In this document: in pieces, positions 58,651 through 64,000 of the stretch | Layout of the letters: every line of letters starts with the position of its first letter | Numbering within the stretch: the first letter of the stretch is position 1 | Assembly (NCBI GenBank): GCA_963780225.1 | Contig: CAWAAX010000003.1 | Coordinates: 96,001-160,000 of the forward strand | Reading direction: 5' to 3' | Length of the DNA stretch: 64,000 bases | Source: an uncultured bacterium | GTDB lineage: Bacteria; Edwardsbacteria; AC1; EtOH8 | The notes under the pieces: model-generated | Told to the model about the DNA's origin: nothing | Seen by the model: only the letters and a program-made list of their open reading frames with translations | The model's database searches: none | Made by a program: the position numbers and the translations under genes

Positions 58651-59517
58651 ATGGGCTTGCAGGCCGACCTCTCCGATTTCACCCTTTCGGAGATAATTTA
58701 TTTTTTATCCCACTTTAAAAAGACCGGGGTGTTGACGGTCAAGGCCGGCAGCAGCTTTGGCGAGGTCTATTTTGACAGGGGCGACACCGTCCACGCCATC
58801 TTGGGCGACATCAAGGGTCCGGAGGCGGTGTTTAACCTGTGCCTGGAACCCTTGGGCGAGGCCAAGTACACCGCCGGCCCCAAATCCCCCGAGATCACCA
58901 TCAAGGACGGGGCCGGGAAGATCCTGGAAGAGGGAGAGCGGCGGCGCACCGAGATGGCCGATATCCTAAAATCCCTGCCGCCGCTGGATACCGTGCTGGC
59001 CCGCACCGCCCAGGCTCCCGAGGAATCGGCCGTTACCATTCGCCGCAGCGACTGGACCATCATGGCCCTGGTCAACGGCAAGCGGAACATTAACCAGATA
59101 GTAACCGACAGCAAGCTGGGGATGTTCGAAGTGGTCAAGACGGTGTCCTGGCTGCTGGCCAAGAACCTGGTGATGGATCCCAAGGAAATGGAGCGCCTGT
59201 TCAAAGACAGGGTTAATTTCGTCAATCTGCTGCTGGACGAGTTCGGCGTCAAAGGCACCGGGGTTTTGCCATACCAGGAGCTTTTAAAGGCCACCCTGAC
59301 CGAACTGGACAAGGGCGGGCGGATGGCCCGGCATTTGGAATTAGAGGCCGACCATCTGAACATAGTGCCCGGGCAGCTGTCCGACGTTACCAAAGAAGAG
59401 ATGATAGATATCTGGGAACGCCTGGCCGCCGCCATCCACAAAAAAGGATTAAAGGAATACGGGCCAATGCTGGGCAAACATAAGTACCAGACGGCCCAGG
59501 CCCGTTCGCTGAAATAA
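58651..59517 (+). CDS. DUF4388 (PatA-N) domain protein
   Basis: GLQADLSDFTL.EI...KKTGVL.V...GEVYFDRG..VHA, middle wHTH. Confidence 0.8.
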   Translation: MGLQADLSDFTLSEIIYFLSHFKKTGVLTVKAGSSFGEVYFDRGDTVHAILGDIKGPEAVFNLCLEPLGEAKYTAGPKSPEITIKDGAGKILEEGERRRTEMADILKSLPPLDTVLARTAQAPEESAVTIRRSDWTIMALVNGKRNINQIVTDSKLGMFEVVKTVSWLLAKNLVMDPKEMERLFKDRVNFVNLLLDEFGVKGTGVLPYQELLKATLTELDKGGRMARHLELEADHLNIVPGQLSDVTKEEMIDIWERLAAAIHKKGLKEYGPMLGKHKYQTAQARSLK

Positions 59518-59594
59518 ACGAAGGTCAGAGAATACTGTACTACGTTACCTACTCTGCTACTTTTTCTCGCAGCTTAATTAATGCAGGAGCCAAT

Positions 59595-60293
59595 ATGGCC
59601 CAAGCCCCGGTCGAATTATTAGTGGAAAGTGTTTTAAAGATGGAGGCGGTCCGGCACTCCGTGGCGGTGTCCAAGGAGGACGGAACGATGGTCAAGGCAT
59701 CCGAGGGAGCGCCTGGAAATCTGGGCGAAGTGGTGGCCTTTTTGGGTTCGGCGGCCGAGGTCATTTCCTCCAATCTGGAACTGGGGGATCTCAGCTCGGT
59801 GCTGGCCGAGGGCCAAAATCACAAAATGCTGATCCTGCCCCACCAGACGGTTTATCTGGGAGTGGATCTCGATCCGGCCCAGTCTCCCTGGTGGATATTG
59901 CAGCCCAGCCCCCTGGATCTGCTTTTGGAAAGCAAGACCACCAAAATATCGGAGGCCGAGGAACTGCTTAAGCAAAAGCTGATTTTGGTTAACTTGTTGC
60001 TGGAGGAATTCGGGGCCCAGGGCGAAAAGGCCCAAGAATGGCAGGAGATGCTGGCTTACGAACTAAAGAACGTTGATCCTTTGGGGCGCTTGGCCAAAAT
60101 GGTGACCGCCGGCCCGGGCCGGATATCCCATAACGAAGGGGTAAAAACCGACATCTCAAAAAAAGAAGTGAGCGATGCTTTTGAAAAACTGGTAAATTCA
60201 ACCTGTAAAAAAGCCATCGCCTGTTTAGGGTTTGCCGCTGTCAAACAAAAATTCCAGATCGTGATCTCACGGCTGGCTTCGGGAAATAGGTAA
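59595..60293 (+). CDS. Roadblock/LC7-like domain protein
   Basis: VAVSKEDGTMV...VVAFLGS...LGDLSSVLAEG fold pattern. Confidence 0.65.
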   Translation: MAQAPVELLVESVLKMEAVRHSVAVSKEDGTMVKASEGAPGNLGEVVAFLGSAAEVISSNLELGDLSSVLAEGQNHKMLILPHQTVYLGVDLDPAQSPWWILQPSPLDLLLESKTTKISEAEELLKQKLILVNLLLEEFGAQGEKAQEWQEMLAYELKNVDPLGRLAKMVTAGPGRISHNEGVKTDISKKEVSDAFEKLVNSTCKKAIACLGFAAVKQKFQIVISRLASGNR

Positions 60294-60297
60294 GGCC

Positions 60298-61026
60298 GTG
60301 AAGATAGAAGAAATCCTCATTCAGCTTTCCAGCCTGCAGGGCGTAACCGGCAGTTTTTTTGTGGGGGACGACAGCAGCTTTGTTTCCCAGACCCTCTCCA
60401 AAAGTTTCGTCAAGGAAAACGCCCAGCGGGCGGTGATGGTGCTGGCCCAGACCTTTGACGCCTTGAACCAGGTGGCGCAGTTTAAAATAAACAAGATGAT
60501 GGTCAACTCCCGGGGCATCCGGCTTTTCATCCGCCGCACCGATAAGGGGTACCTGAACCTTTTGACCGATACCACCGCCGACGTTATGGTGATTGATGCC
60601 GCTTTGGATGGAGCCTTGGTCGAGATCAAAAATCTGGCATCGTCTCCGGCAGGTCTACCGGCTTCGCTCCAGCCTGCTCCCGCCAGACCCTCCCCGTCCC
60701 CGGCAGCCACACCCCAGACCGGACTTCGACCGGCTCAATCCAGCGGCCCGGGGCCGGCAACGGCGGCTCCGCCCAAGCCGGCGCCTGCCGCTACGCTGGA
60801 GCCTGCGGTGTTGGACAAGATCCTGGCGGTGGCCGAAGAATTTCTGGGCGAGCTGGGCCCGGACATCTTCCAGAACCAGATGACCGACCACAAAATCTCC
60901 AGGGAAAAACTGCTGCGCGATCCGGCGATGAAATTCTGCTACGGCCTGCAGAAAGACGCCTCCATGATCATCGGGCCTTCGGCCGCCAAACAGATGGCCG
61001 ATAAAATGCTGACACTTTTAAAATAA
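60298..61026 (+). CDS. Roadblock/LC7-like domain protein with Pro/Ala linker
   Basis: LQGVTGSFFVGDD N-terminus, PA-rich linker, helical C-terminal domain; GTG start. Confidence 0.65.
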   Translation: MKIEEILIQLSSLQGVTGSFFVGDDSSFVSQTLSKSFVKENAQRAVMVLAQTFDALNQVAQFKINKMMVNSRGIRLFIRRTDKGYLNLLTDTTADVMVIDAALDGALVEIKNLASSPAGLPASLQPAPARPSPSPAATPQTGLRPAQSSGPGPATAAPPKPAPAATLEPAVLDKILAVAEEFLGELGPDIFQNQMTDHKISREKLLRDPAMKFCYGLQKDASMIIGPSAAKQMADKMLTLLK

Positions 61027-61029
61027 AAT

Positions 61030-61057
61030 CAGAAGGCAGAAGGCAGAAGGCAGAAGG
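61030..61057 (+). repeat. Heptamer tandem repeat (CAGAAGG)x4
   Basis: Inverted partial copy ttttgccttctgcttt at 61446-61461. Confidence 0.9.
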
Positions 61058-61075
61058 CAGAAAAGAGAGCAGAAT

Positions 61076-61438
61076 ATGATGGACTTAAGAATAAGGACCA
61101 AGAATTTTGCGCTACAAATAATCCAGTTGTATTGTAAACTACCCGCCACAAATCTGGCCCAAATTCTGGGAAAGCAAGTGCTGAGATCCGGGACATCGGT
61201 TGGCGCCAATTACCGGGAAGCCACCCGGGCCCGGTCAACCCTGGAGTTCTGCTCCAAAGCCAATATCTCACTTCAGGAACTGGATGAGACAGGCTACTGG
61301 CTGGAACTGATTTCTGAAAGCGGAGCCTTTAATTTTCCGGAGATGGATGCCGTCATCAAGGAAACGAATGAGCTGACCGCCATTTTTGTTACCATGATCA
61401 AAAACGCAAAGGCAAAACGGAACAGACCAAACATTTGA
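61076..61438 (+). CDS. Four helix bundle protein (23S rRNA IVS protein family)
   Basis: QVLRSGTSVGANYREA, ELDETGYWLEL. Confidence 0.9.
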   Translation: MMDLRIRTKNFALQIIQLYCKLPATNLAQILGKQVLRSGTSVGANYREATRARSTLEFCSKANISLQELDETGYWLELISESGAFNFPEMDAVIKETNELTAIFVTMIKNAKAKRNRPNI

Positions 61439-61489
61439 CCGGTTATTTTGCCTTCTGCTTTTATAGTTTTGATTTGTAAGGAGGGTTAG

Positions 61490-61864
61490 ATGTTCAAGCA
61501 ACTGCTGTATCCCGGAGAGTATCTGTGGTATATGACGGTTACCAACCTGGTCGCCATTCTGGGAAGCATTCTGCTGTGGGTGGCCTGCGTACTGTTCGGG
61601 CTGATCGCCCGGAAATACGAGATAGTGCTGCGCAAGAAGACCGACTGGCAGTACATGATCTTTGCTCCCTCCGGAGTGCTGGTTTACGCGGTGATCCAGA
61701 TCATAGCCTTCGCCAGCCAGGTCAAGCTTAACGTCCTCCAGTCATGGATAGCCTACTCCTTTTTTCTGCTATCCGGGGTATTATCCTTTCTGGGGGCCAT
61801 GAAGTTCAAGAAGGTGGTCTCTCCGGTCAAGAAGCCGGCCCCGGCTGCCGTCGCGGCCAAGTAG
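61490..61864 (+). CDS. Small three-pass membrane protein
   Basis: AAGGAGG RBS; three hydrophobic helices. Confidence 0.7.
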   Translation: MFKQLLYPGEYLWYMTVTNLVAILGSILLWVACVLFGLIARKYEIVLRKKTDWQYMIFAPSGVLVYAVIQIIAFASQVKLNVLQSWIAYSFFLLSGVLSFLGAMKFKKVVSPVKKPAPAAVAAK

Positions 61865-62141
61865 TCATTGCCAAGGCCATTGGCTTTTTTATTAGGAAAC
61901 CCCGCCTTGCGCCACCGCTGTAGCTAAGGCGCACGAGGCAGTAAGTGTAATAGCGTAAGCGGTCGCTACAGCTACGGCGGGCAGGCATGAAGCCACTTGT
62001 AGTGAGTGTGTCGAACCATGAATACTACACTGTGGGAACCCTGATTGATTCCTGTTTTCCTGCATTCCTTATAGATCCCGATTAGCCTGGGATAGTTTTT
62101 TAAATCACACTCCTTTTTAAATCACAATCAAGGAGCTCCCC

Positions 62142-62480
62142 ATGGAAGTCTCTATTCCTGCCGAACTGCTTTTTGCCGTGGCCGTGGCGCTGTTCGGCCT
62201 TTCGTTTTTATATTATTCCCAGATCTTAAAACGGCTGCTGGCCATCATCCGCCGCCCCTCGGCCATCTGGGTACTGCCGCTGTTGGGAGCCATCTTTTTG
62301 GGACTGGGCGCCCTGTTCCATTTTTTGCCGATGGCCATCTACCCCAGGCTGGATCCCTCCCGCACCGATCAGCTGATGCAGATATGCCAAAGCCGCAGCC
62401 TGGAGGCGGCGGGGATGTTTTTGGCCGGGTTGATCTCCATCATTGCCGGGCTGGTGTACACCCGATGGACCAGCCGGTAA
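62142..62480 (+). CDS. Small three-pass membrane protein
   Basis: AAGGAG RBS; three hydrophobic helices, layout like 61490-61864. Confidence 0.7.
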   Translation: MEVSIPAELLFAVAVALFGLSFLYYSQILKRLLAIIRRPSAIWVLPLLGAIFLGLGALFHFLPMAIYPRLDPSRTDQLMQICQSRSLEAAGMFLAGLISIIAGLVYTRWTSR

Positions 62481-62871
62481 AAAGCCGGGGTGTAAGCGTG
62501 AGGGCTTCGACCGAGCTCAGCCGAGGGCCTCAGCCGAACGATCCCCGCAGATTTGAAGTTATCTCCGGAGCCTCTCTTCGCATTCGGGGAGAGTTTGTGA
62601 GCCTGCATTGCGCAAGGTCGAAGTGAGGGGTCGTTCCCCGGACGTTTCGTTCCGGCAAAAATATTTTAAAATATTTTACCCAAGCTATTGACAAAATTGT
62701 TAAAAAATGATATCTTTTAAAATTGCAGAAAGTTATATTTAAAAAATAAAAATTAAGAAAGGAGGTGGCGGCAAAGAATCCTGTTTAAGCAAAGCGAGAA
62801 CCAAGAAAAAACCGGCGGAATATAAGCCAGCCGGTGAACAACCAATTAAAACTTAAAAAGGAGTCCAACCC

Positions 62872-64000
62872 ATGAAAAAAGGTTTGATTTTGTGTCTGGC
62901 TCTGGTGATGGCTTTGGCCATGGCGGCCCAGGCTTATGTGCGAGCCGTGCCCAACAACAAATTAGCAACTGACGGTCCGGTTACCGCCCCGGCGGCCAAG
63001 ACTTCTCCGGCCAGCAAAGACGCAGCCGATTTGGTAATAGCTGACGACGTTCACGTCAATTCGTGCTACATCGCCTCTGTTCGTTGCATAGATTTTGATC
63101 CGTATTTCGGCACGGACGGAGCGGCCTTTATGGCTTACCGTACTAAGGATGGATTAAGCCTTAACTACCTTGGTAGCATTGACGGTGGCGCTACGTATAC
63201 CTTAACCCCGGGGTTAAACACCTTTACCACGATCCGCTATCCTGCGGTCATGGCCGACCTGGCTAACCAAGTGCCCTGGATTGTTTACAACACCGGCATA
63301 TTTGTAGATCCCACCAAGGGCGCTTATTATGCCTACGATATGGGCGGGTACAACTCCGGAATGTGGAGTACCGAAGCCCGGGTGGATTCTCTGGGCGCCG
63401 GTAGCGCGACCAATGGAATGTACTGCGGACAAGCCTACAAAGGAACCAACGGGGTGGTAAATTGGTTGCACAATTACTGGGGCGTAAATACCCCGGACGC
63501 TGCCATGTATTACCGTTCCACCGATTTTACCGTTGATGAAGGCGGCACCTGGGACACTGTAAGTCCCCGCTCGGGCAACCTGGTGATGTACGATTTAGAC
63601 GGCACCTCGGACAGCAACAATATCTTTGGCATCGGCAACCCGGTGGTCCACGATTCACTAACCGCTGGATATATTGAGCAGTTAGGCATTTTCGGCTCGG
63701 TTACCGGCGAGACCCTGATGGTCGGTTCCTGCGGTATCATAGATACATTGGATTATGAGACCGACAGAGGCGCCATGCGTTTTTGGTACCGGATGTCATA
63801 CGACGGCGGTTTGAACTGGACCCCGCTCACCTGGGCTCCCTACGCCGGCTGGCTCAACTGGACTTCGGGAAGCTACAATCTAGGATTGGCCCTTGACAAG
63901 GACGGTTATCCGCACTTTGCCTCGTTCTTAATGATGGACACCACTACCACCGTTGATCTGGCCGGACCCAACAGCGGCGTATACGACTATCACTTAACCG
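62872..64000 (+). CDS. Secreted protein with BNR/Asp-box repeats (3' end outside window)
   Basis: AAGGAG RBS, MKKGLILCLALVMALAMAAQA signal peptide, SIDGGATY, VDEGGTW, SYDGGLNW; frame open to the window end. Confidence 0.75.
   Translation, partial: MKKGLILCLALVMALAMAAQAYVRAVPNNKLATDGPVTAPAAKTSPASKDAADLVIADDVHVNSCYIASVRCIDFDPYFGTDGAAFMAYRTKDGLSLNYLGSIDGGATYTLTPGLNTFTTIRYPAVMADLANQVPWIVYNTGIFVDPTKGAYYAYDMGGYNSGMWSTEARVDSLGAGSATNGMYCGQAYKGTNGVVNWLHNYWGVNTPDAAMYYRSTDFTVDEGGTWDTVSPRSGNLVMYDLDGTSDSNNIFGIGNPVVHDSLTAGYIEQLGIFGSVTGETLMVGSCGIIDTLDYETDRGAMRFWYRMSYDGGLNWTPLTWAPYAGWLNWTSGSYNLGLALDKDGYPHFASFLMMDTTTTVDLAGPNSGVYDYHLT

Overview
A 64-kb bacterial chromosome segment, mostly GC-rich housekeeping genes with lower-GC accessory inserts. 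The secreted proteins with FlgD-Ig/T9SS-like tails suggest an FCB-associated candidate lineage; this is inference only. Core content: tldD-pmbA, lactate permease, mtgA, an LTA-synthase-like sulfatase, ftsX, ogt, tRNA-Val(GAC), zinc-ribbon/rnhA/rnpB/recJ, an M16 peptidase, an aminotransferase, dut, suhB, a split queuosine cluster (queF, queD, queC, queE) with a DEAD-box helicase, the rpmH-rnpA-yidD-yidC-jag-mnmE block (dnaA not adjacent), gcvPB and a lipoate ligase. Accessory content: four toxin-antitoxin modules (AbiEi/AbiEii, MenA/MenT-like, MNT-HEPN, HicB-HicA), an ANT(6)/AadK-like gene, a frameshifted REP-associated tyrosine transposase with REP clusters, and a gingipain-like C25 peptidase. 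Most notable: (1) two integrase-free single-gene cassettes, each flanked by a duplicated 3' end of the upstream host gene; (2) a DUF4388 + double-Roadblock + twin membrane protein operon whose first two proteins share a C-terminal domain; (3) a GlmL/MutL-like actin-fold ATPase operon with no glutamate mutase; (4) an uncalled 55-aa ERR/DRR-repeat protein coupled to a tandem Sm-like protein; (5) several families of tiny palindromic elements nested in each other, in RNase P RNA and in-frame in gcvPB; (6) a ~54-nt motif shared upstream of queF and gcvPB. All family calls come from motif recognition by eye, not database searches.
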